Assembly: GCF_009914755.1 (NCBI RefSeq)
Contig: NC_060931.1
Direction: 5' to 3' (one strand)
Origin: the human T2T-CHM13v2.0 reference genome, Homo sapiens
Length of the DNA stretch: 64,000 nt
Every line of letters begins with the position of its first letter. Positions within the stretch are counted from its first letter, which is position 1. The notes below the pieces were generated by a model. The model did not search any database. It saw only the letters and a program-made list of their open reading frames with translations, and was not told where the DNA came from. This document shows positions 34,208 to 58,015 of the stretch, piece after piece. The position numbers and the translations under genes were made by a program.

Positions 34208-34527
34208 CTATATATATCTCAAGTCTGTGATTCTTTTAGAGTTAATTTTTGAAAAAGATGTGAGATTCAGGTTGAGGTTCATTGTTTGGCCTATGGATAT
34301 TTAATTGCTTCATACCACTTATTGAAAAGGTTATCCTTTCCCCATTGAATTGCTTTCATATATTTGTCAAAAATCAATTGAGCTTATTGTGTGGGTTTAT
34401 TTATGGAGTCTCCATTCTATCCCATTATGTCTGTCCCTCTGCCAATACCACACAGCCTTGATCACTATAGCTAAATAATAAGTCTTGGAATCTGGTAGAC
34501 TGGTTTTGTCTACTTTCTTCTTCCTTT

Positions 34528-34862
34528 TGTATGTATGTATGTATGTATGTATGTATGTATGTATGTATGTATAATTTTAGAGGCAGGGTCTAGCTCTGTC
34601 ACCCAGGCTGGAATGCAGTGGTGTAATCATAGCTCCCTGCAACCTTGAACTTCTGGACTCAAGTTATAATCCCACCCCAGCCTCCCAAGTAGCTGGGACC
34701 ACAGGTGTTTCCCACCACTCCCAGCTAATTTTTGAAATTTTTGTAGAGAAGGGGTCTTACTATATTGCCCATGCTGGTCTCAAACTCACGGCCTCAAGCA
34801 ATCCTACTGCCTCAGCCTCCTCAAACATTGGGATTACAGATGCAAGCCACTGTGCCTAGCTA
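34528..34862 (-). mobile_element. AluJo with (TATG)n tail
   Basis: AluJo-like 'aatcatagctccctgcaaccttgaac', preceded by a tetranucleotide tail at about 34528-34572. Confidence 0.85.
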
Positions 34863-34863
34863 A

Positions 34864-34864
<1 letters not shown>

Positions 34865-34913
<49 letters not shown>

Positions 34914-34993
34914 TTATATAGAGTGACATATATATAACATGTGATATATATATATGAGTCACTCTCACAAACAGACTGTTATATCTCCCAAAT

Positions 34994-35056
<63 letters not shown>
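34865..35056 (+). repeat. (CA)n and (CA)n(GA)n microsatellite cluster
   Basis: Seen directly at 34865-34910 and about 34996-35056. Confidence 0.95.
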
Positions 35057-35060
<4 letters not shown>

Positions 35061-35869
35061 ATGATAGCATGATTGGATTCTGGTAAGAATGAGAGAGCTA
35101 TCAAACTGGGATGAAAATCTGACCCAAGTGAAGGAGAAGTGAAGCATCCTTGACTTACTAGATCCCCAATTTTTACTCCTAGGCTTTCTTTCTAATAAAA
35201 TCTTCACACATTTAATCCTTTCTTGGTATCTGCTTCTCGAAGGACCTGGAGTAATAGATTGAAAAAAAACCTGGTGAAAAGGGGAGATAAAGTGTTAACC
35301 TTAGAATTTTTTGTAGCATTCCCAAGGGAATGAGAAAAATAATCTACAAACATAAAACAACAACAACAACAACAATTAATAGTAATAATAAAAGCATTAG
35401 TGCAAGAAAACACAGTTGAGATACAAGGGATAGAACTCTCTATCTCACTGCCTACCTTGGTCAGTTTACATACCATGTTCACACACCTTTGAAAACCTGC
35501 CACATGATTCAAGGTATGATTGAAAGGATAGCCCCTGTTTTGGAGCTTAAAGTTCTTCTAAAACATACACAAAACTTCCATAAATTGGAAACAGATATGT
35601 ATTGGGAGTAATAGTTAAGAACGAAGACAAAATTAAATCAGTTCTGAAGCATATACCCATTAAATAATTCCCTGTAAGTCCTCTTCAACTGCTTTCTTAA
35701 AAAACAGGAAGAAGTTCAGGTGAATGGACAAAGACTAAAATCAAGTTAAGATGTCACTGTTATCACTTTGGAATAGTGAAAGAAATTTGCTTTTTAAGGT
35801 CATGTGTCAATGCCGTTTAAGTTTCAAACTTAAATGGGTATTGGAGATGGTTGTAGGAATTAAAGAGTT

Positions 35870-36372
35870 TCAGGGATACCATGCTTGGATATCTTGTTTG
35901 TCCCTCCATATACGCTCTCCTCTTTTCCATACCTTGCTGATCGGTATGAACTGTATCAGTGGGCTCCCTTGTCCTCTAGTTTCTGGTTGAATTTGAACCA
36001 ATGGGAAGCACAGGCAAGAGATTAAAGAGAGGAAGAAGAGTAAAATTATATTATTTATTCCCCTGGGCTTTCTCCTTGTGGGGCACTTCAGGCTGGCTGC
36101 ATCCCTCCACTGAAGGTCACAGTTCCTATTAAGCAGTCCTCTCCAGAAAGTGCCCTCACCTTACTCCCACCGCCATCCTGCTAACGGTTCCCTTCTCTTG
36201 CCCTTCAGGAATAAGGATAGTAGGTGCTCCTCACGCTACTAGCTAGTCTGAGGGCACTGTTTTATCCCTTGAGACTTCCCTACTCCCTCTCCACACTTTC
36301 GAAAATAGTTCCTTTATTAAACTCTCCTCAAAGGACTACTTTTAAATGTGTCATCTGTTTCTTGCCAGGATT
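35870..36372 (+). mobile_element. LTR33-like ERVL solo LTR
   Basis: 'gggctcccttgtcctctagtttctggttg...ccaatgggaagcac', 'cctttattaaactctcctcaaa' and 'tgtgtcatctgtttcttgccagga'. Confidence 0.65.
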
Positions 36373-37242
36373 TTCACTTGAAGAGCATGAACTTAAATGA
36401 ATCACTAAAATATGGGATTAGATTATATTTACTTCAACTAGGAAGAAATGGTGATAGCTTATCACTAAAGGATAGATTTCTGGATTTCAAACTGAACAAT
36501 TCCCTTCTTCCACTAATGAAAGGAAATGCACTTTTTGACTTTCCTGAGTGTTCTCAGAGGTGAGGTATGACTTTCAGGCCATATTGGATGCCATAGAATT
36601 TAAAACTTGGCTATGATATTATGATGGTGGTGTACATACATATTTAAGTTTTAAAAATACATAAAAGAACAGAGAACAATAGTATACACACTTTAATTGG
36701 AGATTAGCTTCTTGACAATAAAGTGAAAAATCTATAATTATTTCAGTGTATATGAACTCTTTTTTTTTTTAAGCACATTTTAAGTTGAGCAACAGGGAGA
36801 CCTTTGGAGGAGCAAGGGATATAAAAATAATGAGGAATTAAATAATTTTATTGTTCTTAGAGAAATAAGTCAAATAATCTTCACTCTGGTATTACTTTCT
36901 GAGAGCTTTTTTCTTTCTTTTTTTTTTTCACATCCTAAATAGCCAGAAGCAAAATTTGGCATGCTATAGTTTCTAAACTTCTTTTGTTGAGGCTACCATT
37001 TGTTTTGGGACTGTTGATAAACATTTTCTTTTTCAACGCTGAGTTTGGAAACTATCGTGTATTACAGTGACCTAATTAGTGGTTTCCAAAGGGACAGTTA
37101 ACAAAAATTCTGATGTCTTTCCACCCTAGGTTGTATCTGAATTGGGAAATAGAATGTGCAACTTGAAAAGACCTTCAGGAGTTCTGTTCAATTGAGAACT
37201 GCTGGCCTGTGAAAGAGAAAATCAATATTTTAATCTCACCTT

Positions 37243-38135
37243 CTGTTATGGTCTGAATGTGTCTTCCCAAAATTTATATGTTGAAATGTAATCACCCTCG
37301 TGATAGTATTAAGAGATCGAGCCTTCAGGAGGGGATTAAGTCATAAAAAGTTCAGGGAGCTGCCACAGGGATGGGGCTACACAGAGAGCCCCTACTAGGG
37401 CAATTTCTATTGGAGCAGCAGGAGTGGGGCCACTGCAGAAAGGCCCCACCAGGGCAATGCCCAACAGAGTTATGGAGTTGGGGTCACCACAGAAAGCCCC
37501 CACTGTGGCAATGTTTAGTGGAATTGTGGAAGCAGGATGATCTCTGAGATCCCAGACTTGTAAAGCCACCAGTGTGCAATGTGCAGTGCCAGCCTGAGAG
37601 AGCCTCAGGCACTCGACTTCAACCCCTAAGAGCTGCTGCATGGGCTGCACCCAGCAAAGCCATGAAGGCAGTGCTGTCTGAGGGATTGGGGGCCCAACCT
37701 CCACTCCAGTGTGTGCAGAAGGCACGGCATGGAGTCAGAAAAGATTATTCCCAAGCCTCAAAACTTAATATTGTTTGCTTTGTGTTTTGGACTTACTTGG
37801 GACTTGGGATCTTCTTTCCTATTTTTCCCTTTTGGACTAGGAATGTTTATCGTATGCTTGTCCCACCATTGTAGTTGGAAGCACATAACTTGTTTGATTT
37901 TACAGGCTCACAGCTGGAAAGGAATTTGCCTTATGAAGAGTCATACCTTAAGTCTCACCTGTAACTGATATAGATTAAACTCCGGACTTTAGACATTGGA
38001 GCTGGTACTGGAACAAGTTAGACTTTTGGGGCTACTGGGATGGAATGAATGTATTTTGCATATGAGAAGAATATAAATTTAGGGAGTCAAAGGTAGAATG
38101 CTATGGTCTGAATATGTTTCCCTCAAATTCATAGT
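37243..38135 (+). mobile_element. MST-type MaLR: LTR fragment, internal fragment, second LTR start
   Basis: Two LTR starts tg(t/c)tatggtctgaat at 37243 and about 38099. MaLR-internal-like sequence with short tandem units lies between them. Confidence 0.7.
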
Positions 38136-38484
38136 TCTAAGGAAATATAAAACTAAATAGGTAAAGAGAATTATGATAGATTAAGGTGCCTGTTAAATTG
38201 ATCCTGCACAATTCAGGAATTTTTAAATTTTCAGAACGAAAACTCACACACATTTATTACACTGGTGTTCTTTGGAAAAGTGGGTCTGAATTATTATAAT
38301 ATGAAAATTGACTTTTTTTCCTGTTAAAAAATGTTAAAATTTAACTTTGGCTCTAAAATGATAAAAATTAGATACCAAAAGAGGTGATGAACCAAAATGC
38401 ATATTTTCAAAGTAGGGCGTTCAAGAACCAATTTGACAATTGACCTATAATAAAGACATAATAGAAGAGTTAACTGCATAGAGC

Positions 38485-38707
38485 GGGGGTCAACAAACTT
38501 TTCCTGTAAAGAGCCAGATAGTAAATGTTTTAGACTTTGTGGCCCGTAGGGTTTCTGTGGCAGCTACACAGCTCTGTTGTTGTAGTGCAAAAGCAGCCAC
38601 AAACAATACTTCAACAAATGAGCAGGGCTATGTTTCAATAACACTTTATTTACAAAGACAAGCAGTAGGCTTGATTTGTCCCAGAGGCTGTAGGTTGCCC
38701 ACTGCTG
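38485..38707 (+). mobile_element. MER58A DNA transposon
   Basis: 'ggggtcaacaaactttt..ctgtaaagagccagatagtaaat...tgtagtgcaaaagcagcca...ctttatttacaaa'. Confidence 0.85.
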
Positions 38708-39149
38708 GCATTGAGGAAATAAGGGCTTATGAAGAGGTTCTTTTGGAGAAAGTTCTCTCATACCCCTATGAGAACCTTCTCTCAAGCCTTGAGAGAGGGG
38801 GCCTTCAAAAGGTTCACTTGAAGCGCTTTACCTGTGTCCCTCCGAATTTACAACACATGTTGTTCCCCAAACTGGAAATTACCTTCACTCCCTACCAATG
38901 GCAGAACAAACACCCATAAGTGTTTCCTGTTCCCCAAGGCAGGTCACGGGGGACAGAACATCTGCCTAAACTGGCTTAATTTGAGTTCAAAAGAATCACC
39001 CCAGAAGGCAGGAGTCCAGAAGATACAATTCTGTGCAGAGTGAACTGAAACCTGGGGCAGACTGGGAAGTGGCTTCAGAGAAAAACGTGACTGGACATTC
39101 TAATTGAAACTCCGTTTGACCAGAGGATTTCTTTTACATTTTAAAAATT

Positions 39150-39582
39150 GAGCTGAAATGAAATGAGCCAGGCACAGAAAGACCAATACTGCATGATTTC
39201 AGATTGGATGTGGAATCTAAAAAAGCTAAACTCATAGGAGCAGAAAGTTGAATGGTGGTTTCCAGGGTTGTAGGGGCAGTGAGGGAGGTAGTGGGAAATG
39301 AGATGTTGGTCAAAGGGTACAAAGTTTCAGTTAGGAGGAATAAATTTTGGAAATCTATTGTACAACACAATGATTATAGTTAATAATTATTGTACACTTG
39401 AAAATTTTTAAGAGAGTTGATTTTAAATGTTCTCATCACACACACAAGCAGGCTTGAGAGGTGATGGATATATTAATTACCTTCATTTAGTCATTTCACA
39501 GTATATATCTATATCAAAACATCAGGCTGAACGCCATAAATAATATACAATTTTTATTTGTCAATTAGAAAGTAACAATAAA
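39150..39582 (+). mobile_element. L1MA/L1MB 3' end
   Basis: 'gagatgttggtcaaagggtacaaagtttcagttag...ttttaaatgttctcatcacac...tatacaatttttatttgtcaatt'. Confidence 0.8.
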
Positions 39583-41350
39583 GAGTGAGCTTATAAGTTA
39601 TGGAGTTAAAATTTTATGCAGAAGCAAGGGAAAATCTTCCTCCAGTGAAAAAATTCTAATGAGATTTTGAAGACAGAAACAAATCACATTTTTTTTGTTT
39701 TTGTTTTCTAAATGTTTTACAAGAGAAAATTTCAAAAGCATAATCAGTAAGAGGGAGAAAAGTGTGCTGAATTCCATGTATCCAGCTTGCAGCCATTGTT
39801 AACTCAGGACTAATCTTGTTTCGGTTCTACTTCCCTTTCACCACCCCCACACCCCAAACACAAAATTACTGATTCTAGATCATGTCATTTATTTACAAAT
39901 ACTTTAGTATGTATCTCTAAAAGGCATGAACTCTTTAAAAAACATAACCATGGAATCTTCAATAATATAGTACCTTAATATCCTCAAATATCTAGTCTGT
40001 GTTCAAATTTTTCTGATTGCCTAATAATTGATTTTAGATTTTGCTCAAATTAGGATCTAAAGTCTATATGTTGCCCTTTAGTTGTTAAGTCCCTTATAAT
40101 GTATAGATTCCCCAACATTTTTTTGGTCCTTTGCAATTTCTTTCTTTTTTGGTTGAAGAAACCAAAAAAGAAAACCAGGTTTTTGTCCTGTGAATTTCCC
40201 CTTTCTGGATATTGCTGATTGCATATTTGTGGTGGTGTTAGTAGGATTTTTTTAAAATTTCTTTTGAATTGCAAATAAGATCCAGAGACCTGATCAAATT
40301 CAGGTTTAATTATTTGGCAAGACCATGTCACGGGTGATGTGTGCACTCCTATAGTACTTCCAGGCCCATAATGTCTGGTCTTCCTCTGTGATGTTAATAT
40401 TTATCAGGATTTGGGACAGTTTGATAAATCCATTAGAAATTTTTGTTTTTTAATCAGCTTTCCACTTAATGGTTTTGGCAGCCATTGATGACTGCCCATA
40501 TCCATAATTTTATTAGGGGAAAATTACATTTTGATTACGTATCGCTGGTTGTTTTTGTTCAAAACATAGGTTGTATGTTAATCTGCCAGTACATTGGCAT
40601 CTTCTGGATGAGGGACTCATTAGTCTTCTCACAAGAGTCCCTTTTGTTCATTAGCTTGTGGAATTTGAGTGTCTGTATGTTTTTTTTTTAATTGTTTGTT
40701 TGGAGGGGAGTTGATAAGCTAATTAGCTATAGAGACAAATTTCATTTTTGCTTAACTGAATCTCACTGCATGAAAAGGCAATCTAATTCTCCAACCTACT
40801 TTGGTAAGGTCTGATGACTTCTGTGGGCATGACCTTCAGAAGACTGGTTGGTCCTCTGTTTTGGAAGATCCTTGAGTGCCAAGCACATGATACATTGATG
40901 ATCTGCTTAGTAAGAATAAATGTTGCTCCTCAGTTTGAGAGGTTTTTGCTGTCTTTGAGAAATATTTTCCCAGACATTCTAATGTCTAAATGCCATTTGA
41001 GTAGACAATCTTCTTCAATCCATGCCTGGTAAGTAGTGGGGTTCTGTGTAGCCAGCTTATTACACTAACTTCTCCTGACTCCAGTCATAGCTCCTTATTA
41101 TTTTGTCATCAATGATGTTAACCAAACCAAGGAACATATTTGCTACTTTTCATATATCTCACTCCTTCCTTTTTCACTATTGTCTTTGTAGAACTCATAA
41201 CATGTTTAAGAGGAAATTAAATACTGCATGTACAGATCTGAAGAGCTAGAGGCTGTATCTATAACCTTGCCGGTTTAAAGCATAGATCTTGAGTCCAAAA
41301 AAATTAAATGGGTACTGAGATCAAATTCTTGGAGGAAGAATATCAGGCTC
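39536..41350 (-). other. SAMD9: SAMD9 3'UTR (approximate; about 39700-40700 is an old L1MC/L1ME-like 3' end)
   Basis: Region between the stop codon and the candidate poly(A) site. Confidence 0.6.
39553..39558 (-). terminator. SAMD9: Probable SAMD9 polyadenylation signal AATAAA
   Basis: tttatt on the + strand gives a 3'UTR of about 1.8 kb, consistent with my recollection of the mRNA size. Other AATAAA hexamers lie at 39888-39893 and 40509-40514. Confidence 0.6.
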
Positions 41351-46153
<4,803 letters not shown>

Positions 46154-46993
46154 TTAGTATTATTAAAAGTAAAATTTTGAAACAATTTTAGTAGATAATA
46201 TATACATAATTTTCAAAATTTAAAAAGCTCAAAAGGATATGCCAATGAATTATCTCTTGAGAGAATGTGACTATTGCCAGTTTCTTCTGCATCCCTCCAG
46301 AGAAAGAATACCAAATACAAACACATGAACACACTTTTCCCACATAAATTGTGGCATACTATACATAATTCTCTTGCTTCATTCACTAAGTAAATTTTGG
46401 GAATGCTTCCAGTCAGTATATATAGAGATAGTTTATCCTTATTAATGATTGTTTGCTATAATGTGTGTTTGCTGTATTATTTAAGAACGTTCAATTCTGC
46501 TATAGAAAATAAGAGAAAAAAGAAGGATATTTGAAACTAAGTACAGAAGCAAGTTTGTGAGATACATCATGATAGACATAGATAAAGTAAATAGAGCATA
46601 TGAGTATTAAGCATAGTTAGAAAGGGATATAAGAACCAAATAGTAAATATTCATGAGACACACATGAAGCATTTGCTGTTTTTCAGGTCTAAATTTGGTT
46701 ACCTATTTGGTGACACCCATTCTAATCATTTGTGTTCTCCATTGAAGAAACATCAGTAAAATCCATAGTAGCTTATCAGGCTAATGACCTGTATCTGTGG
46801 CCAGGCATACTCATCCCTCTGCATTTCTCTGATTACAGCAAGTGTATGTCATTGACCCAGGACCTCTTCCATCTGCCAAGACCCTTTAAACAGACCTCAA
46901 CTCTGTTTCTCAAAATTGTACAATCAGTGGAGAATGCTGAAACATCAGAGAGGAAGAGAGAAGATATATTAACTTGCACAACTCAGGTAATGA

Positions 46994-47253
<260 letters not shown>

Positions 47254-48149
47254 TAAAAATATGCCCTTCAAGCATCTTAATTTTGTCTGTGAGCTGTTCT
47301 GTTCCATGTCATCTGGAATAGCTTGCTGAGTAGTGAACTTGTTGGCTACTGTTGTATTAAACTAATTTTTCACATAATAATTAATAAGAGCTGATTCCTG
47401 AGCAATAACTTGTGGCATAATTATTTAGTTTGCAAATTTGCAGACTACTATCTGAAAAATTAATGTCAATCTAGGCTACAGAAATATAGCAATGGTTAGA
47501 AAAAATGAAATTCAAATAATAATAGTCAGCTTTAAGTATGATCCAAAATTGTGAGACATTTTAATGAACTAAACTTTCATTTATCATGGGAGACATCAAA
47601 TTAAATAATGGAGACAGCCTGGGGAATGGTGGCAGATAAATTATTATATAGGCCCAAGTTCATGAAATAATACACAGAAATATTGTTTTCTAGTGGCAGA
47701 TACAAACTCAGGATTAGAATTTACCTTTCTTTCAAGACATGAAGATGCCAGAGCCATGGTCCAAGGTTTAAGCTATTATTTTTTTCATATGTAACTACGG
47801 TATACATAGAAAGTGAATAAGCAACATACCTTACAGCTATATCAATTCAAAATAGGCAAAGATAGGCAATATCTTAGTTGCGATTTTGTACTATAATTTT
47901 ATAAGATTTTACTATTGGGGAAGCTAGGTAAAGAGTACACAGAATATCAAATTATTTCTTACAACTACATATGAATCTACAATAATCTTAAATAAAATTT
48001 TACTCAAAAAATAAAAAACTGCAATGGTATCCATATTTAGAACTGAGCAGTAATAAAAATGCTGCATATAAAGAGTTGTAAGGAACAATGTCTACAATAC
48101 TTGGAGAAATATGTATAGCCTTGGATGTATTTATAAAAATGGAAGAATG

Positions 48150-48351
48150 GGTGTGGCCCGCCGTGCCTTGCCGTGCCTCGCCATGCGCCTGTGTGGCTAA
48201 GGCTTCTGCTGTGTGTGCGCGCAGGTGTGACTTGTGTCCGCAAAGTTTGTGATGTCCGGGGGACTGCATGTACCTTCAGCCGTCCTCCCTTCACACGCAT
48301 GTGGACACAGTGTCACCTCCTCAAGCCATAGGGTGCCGAGTCTAAAGCACA
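48150..48351 (+). other. CpG-rich non-L1 segment inside the L1 TSDs (candidate 5' transduction)
   Basis: Lies between the left TSD copy (48134-48149) and the L1 5' start at about 48352. Confidence 0.65.
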
Positions 48352-54474
<6,123 letters not shown>

Positions 54475-54816
54475 TAAAAAAGGAGGAATGACTGAAAATC
54501 ATGAACCTAATGCCAGTTTAATAAATTGAAAGAAGAATAACAGAATAAAACTGAAATAAGAAGAATGAGAAAAATAAAGATAAGAGCAGGAATTTATAAA
54601 GTGGAAAACAAAATGACAAGAGAGACTCAGTGAAGTCCAAGAGCTGTTTAGATAAAAAGTAATAAAATTGACACATCCATGGAATGATTAACCAAAAAAT
54701 AAAAAAGAAAGGTGGCACAAATAAGCAATATTAGAAACTTTAAAAATGAACCAACTTTAACTGAATAAATTGAAAACTGAGATTAATTGAGCAAATTCTT
54801 AAAAAATATAGCTTAC

Positions 54817-54917
54817 CAAACTGACTCTAGAAGAAACCGAAGAAGTCTCACTTCCAGGGTGATGTAGGAGATCACAAAAGGCCACCTATTCACCCACTGC
54901 AACCATGAGATCAAAAT
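54817..54917 (-). other. SAMD9: SAMD9 non-coding exon 2 (101 nt, probably alternatively spliced)
   Basis: Acceptor ttttgcaatttttcAG|att and donor ttg|GTAAGC. Fits my recollection of 2- and 3-exon SAMD9 isoforms. Confidence 0.7.
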
Positions 54918-55149
54918 CTGAAAAATTGCAAAACTCATATTTTTAAGTAATCACAAAGTCATCAATAGACCAGATGACAAGGACTGGATGAACTAAAATT
55001 CCAGAGAGGAAAGATCCCTGTCTATGTAAGCTTTGGGGGCATTTGTTGATTTGGGGTTGGGTTTAAGGATTAGACTTGGCCTACCGGGAGGAGGAAAACC
55101 AGTGGGGATTTTCATAGTCACAGGGGCGGGTCTAATGAAGTGCAATTAG

Positions 55150-55700
55150 AAGTGTTCCAAAATGTTTACCGTAATGGAAATGCAAAGTAAAATTACAACA
55201 AGATAATACTACATGCCTACCAGAATGGCTAAAATTAAAGACTGTTAATGCCAAATGTTGGTGATGATGTGGAGTCAGTGGAGCTCTCATATGCTGTCTG
55301 TGGGAATGTACATTGTTTTAGCCACTTCAAGAAACTATCAGTTTTTGTGAAGTTAAATATATACCTACTCTTTGGATCTGCAATTCTCATGAAAATTATT
55401 AAAGTACTGATACAGGCAACAACATGAATGAATATCACATCATACTGTGTGAAAGAAGCCAGTTACAACAGAAAACATATTGTAGAATTCTACTTATATA
55501 GTTTAAGAATAGGCAAAAGTAATCTGTCATAGAAGTCAGACTGATGTTGGGGGGTGGATATTTTCTGGGAAGGGGTGATGGAAATATTTTATATCTTGAT
55601 ATGGCTAGCGGTTGCACAGATAAGTACATATTAAAATTTCATAAAGGCTTACCCTTAAGTTTGTTCATTGTATACAAGTTATACTGTATTTAAAAAGCCA
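55150..55700 (+). mobile_element. L1ME-type 3' end
   Basis: 'gaaatgcaaagtaaaattacaacaagataatactac...cagaatggctaaaattaaa', then the 3'UTR. Confidence 0.7.
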
Positions 55701-57280
55701 ATAATGCCTCCAAAATACATTAGAAAATAAAACGGATGAATAAAATAAAAGAGATACTTGCATAAAAAAGATGATGGTGTGTTATGAATCAAGGATAATT
55801 GTGAATTCAATGGTATGTGAGGTCCTAAAGTTTTACTAGGTGTTTATTATTGCAGTCTCAGATTATGAACTTTTGACTTCTGCATCCCACTCAGTGTTGA
55901 TTCAATACTGGTTTTAGAGTTGTCTAAAAACTGACTACACCCTCGTCTAGTAACCATTCTATCTGAGTCACTTTCTTGTATCCATTTACTGAGTCACGTC
56001 TACTCCACCCTATGAAAGTATGCTCACTTTTGTTGCACCCACACTATTTAACACATAAAGCAGGGGTCCCCGATTATTGTGCTGCTAGCGTGCGCTGGCT
56101 CCTGAGGCCTCATACCTATGGCTCTCATCCCCCATCTCGCCGCTTCCCACCAGTACCCTTTTCCTAGGGTCTCCCTGACTTCCTTCATCAACTTGGACCT
56201 TTCACAGTTTTACAGACACAGTCCTTAGTCTCTGGTGATATGTCATAAACTAGATTATGAGACTGGTGAATTAGATGGATTATTTGATTCATGCAAGAAC
56301 TACATACCATTATATGTGAAAACGTAAAGTCAGGTTCTCATATAAGAGTGTGGGGGATGGAGAACTGGGCCTGAACATTTGGTTGGGAAAGTAAGCAAAT
56401 AATAAAGAAGTGACTTTTGACTGTTTTCTCTACTAGAGACACTATGAATATTTCAAATGTCATTGAACAGGTTACACTTTCACACTTCTTCCCCTAAAGC
56501 TTTTGTCAGATTATTGATAGCTGTGCCTTTCAATACATTATTTTAAAAAAATTGTTGATGATGTCACTCTTGGAGAAAATATATGCCAGCATTCATAGGT
56601 ATTTATGCCACTGTTCATAGATATTTTACATATTAATGATTTCTTTATACCCTCTCGTTCCAAAATGTTTTTTAGGTAATTTAGAAAGTAATATAGGATC
56701 ACACATATATTAAAACCCTTAGGTAAAGAAATCATGGGGAAGGCTAAATAAGGGTAGGGGGAGAAAAGGTGAAATGAGGGAGTAAAATTAGTACCTAAAA
56801 TTACTGGTTTTGATTCCGTATACTTTAAAAACTGACCTGAAAATTTGGTTCTGAGCATCTTAGTAGGAAACACTATTTGTTACTGATTGAACCCACATAC
56901 ATTTTTTAACTCTGGTTGGTGTTAAACTGTAGGGTTTGTTAACTTTTCTAGAAGGGAGTTGAAGGTCAGACCTTTATTCAGAAATGTGATCCTCCAACCG
57001 TCTTGCATTATCTTACTGTTTGCTTTGGGGAGAAATTAGACATAAACCTAGTATTTTTGCCAGGAACATAAAGCTGCCTTAATTCCAAAGACTTCCCATA
57101 GTAGTCTATCTGTCTGTCTGTCTTCCTATATATGTCATCCGACAACAATATCTGAGAAGCTCTCAGAGAGTTTTGTTTTCTGGAAGCTACCTATTTCTTA
57201 GAGTAGATGGTGGAAGTTGTATTTGATTAAAGTAAAGTACTTTTAAGTTTTCATTGCCTGTTCTTTATCTATCTTTCCGT

Positions 57281-57316
<36 letters not shown>

Positions 57317-57600
57317 TTGAGACAGTGTCTCACTCTGTTGCCTATGCTGGAGTGCAGTGGTACAATTACAGCTCACTGTAACCTTAAATTCCTGGGCTCA
57401 AGCAATCCTTCTGCCTCAGCCTCCAAAGTAGCTAGACTGCAGCTGCGTGCCACCACATCCAGCTATTTTTTTTTTTGGTAGGAATCTTGCTAGGTAGGGT
57501 CTTGCTATGTTGCCCAAGCTAATTTTGAATTCCTGGCCTCAAACAATTCTCCTGTCCTTGCCTTCCAAAGTGCTCAAATTACAGGCTACCACACCTGGCC
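57281..57600 (-). mobile_element. AluJ with (TTG)n tail
   Basis: Diverged dimeric Alu with a trinucleotide tail at 57281-57314. Confidence 0.85.
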
Positions 57601-57884
57601 TGTTTGTTCTTTCTGAAGATGCTGTATGCCTTGGGAGAGTTCATCAATAAAAGTGTCTGTAGTTTTCAACTGCATCTTTAATGAAATGTTATGACTAATT
57701 TTTCAACTAATATAAAGCAGACTGCTGTCAGAGCAACAAATAGTCTAGAATTTCTAGGCTTAGAATACTATTTTTTGTTTTGAGGTATATTTGAAGCTTC
57801 TAATTGAAAAGTATATTTCTTTCTATTCAATAAAATGCTGCTATAGATAGTAAGAACAATATTAATAATAGATATTGTACTTAC

Positions 57885-58010
57885 CCAGTAGTCTTGCAAA
57901 TTTCTTTTACATATATGTGGGGAAAACCATCTCTTTTAGTGCTGAAAATATCTGATGTGTTTGTTTTCTTCCTCCTACGATGCTAGAGAAAAGTATTTTC
58001 CTCATTCTGG
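57885..58010 (-). other. SAMD9: SAMD9 non-coding exon 1 (TSS approximate)
   Basis: Consensus donor tgg|GTAAGT (57884-57879) just downstream of a promoter motif cluster in non-repetitive sequence. Confidence 0.8.
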
Positions 58011-58015
58011 TTTTA

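Noticed and set aside
37355-37535. Short spaced repeats (ccc.act.gggcaat...) resembling a CRISPR-like array
   Set aside because: These are degenerate tandem units within MaLR internal sequence in a mammalian genome, and there are no cas genes.
47715-47835. Minus-strand donor-like sites (AAG|GTAAAT, AAG|GTATGT) as extra SAMD9 exons
   Set aside because: No convincing paired acceptor, and no other support from the sequence alone.
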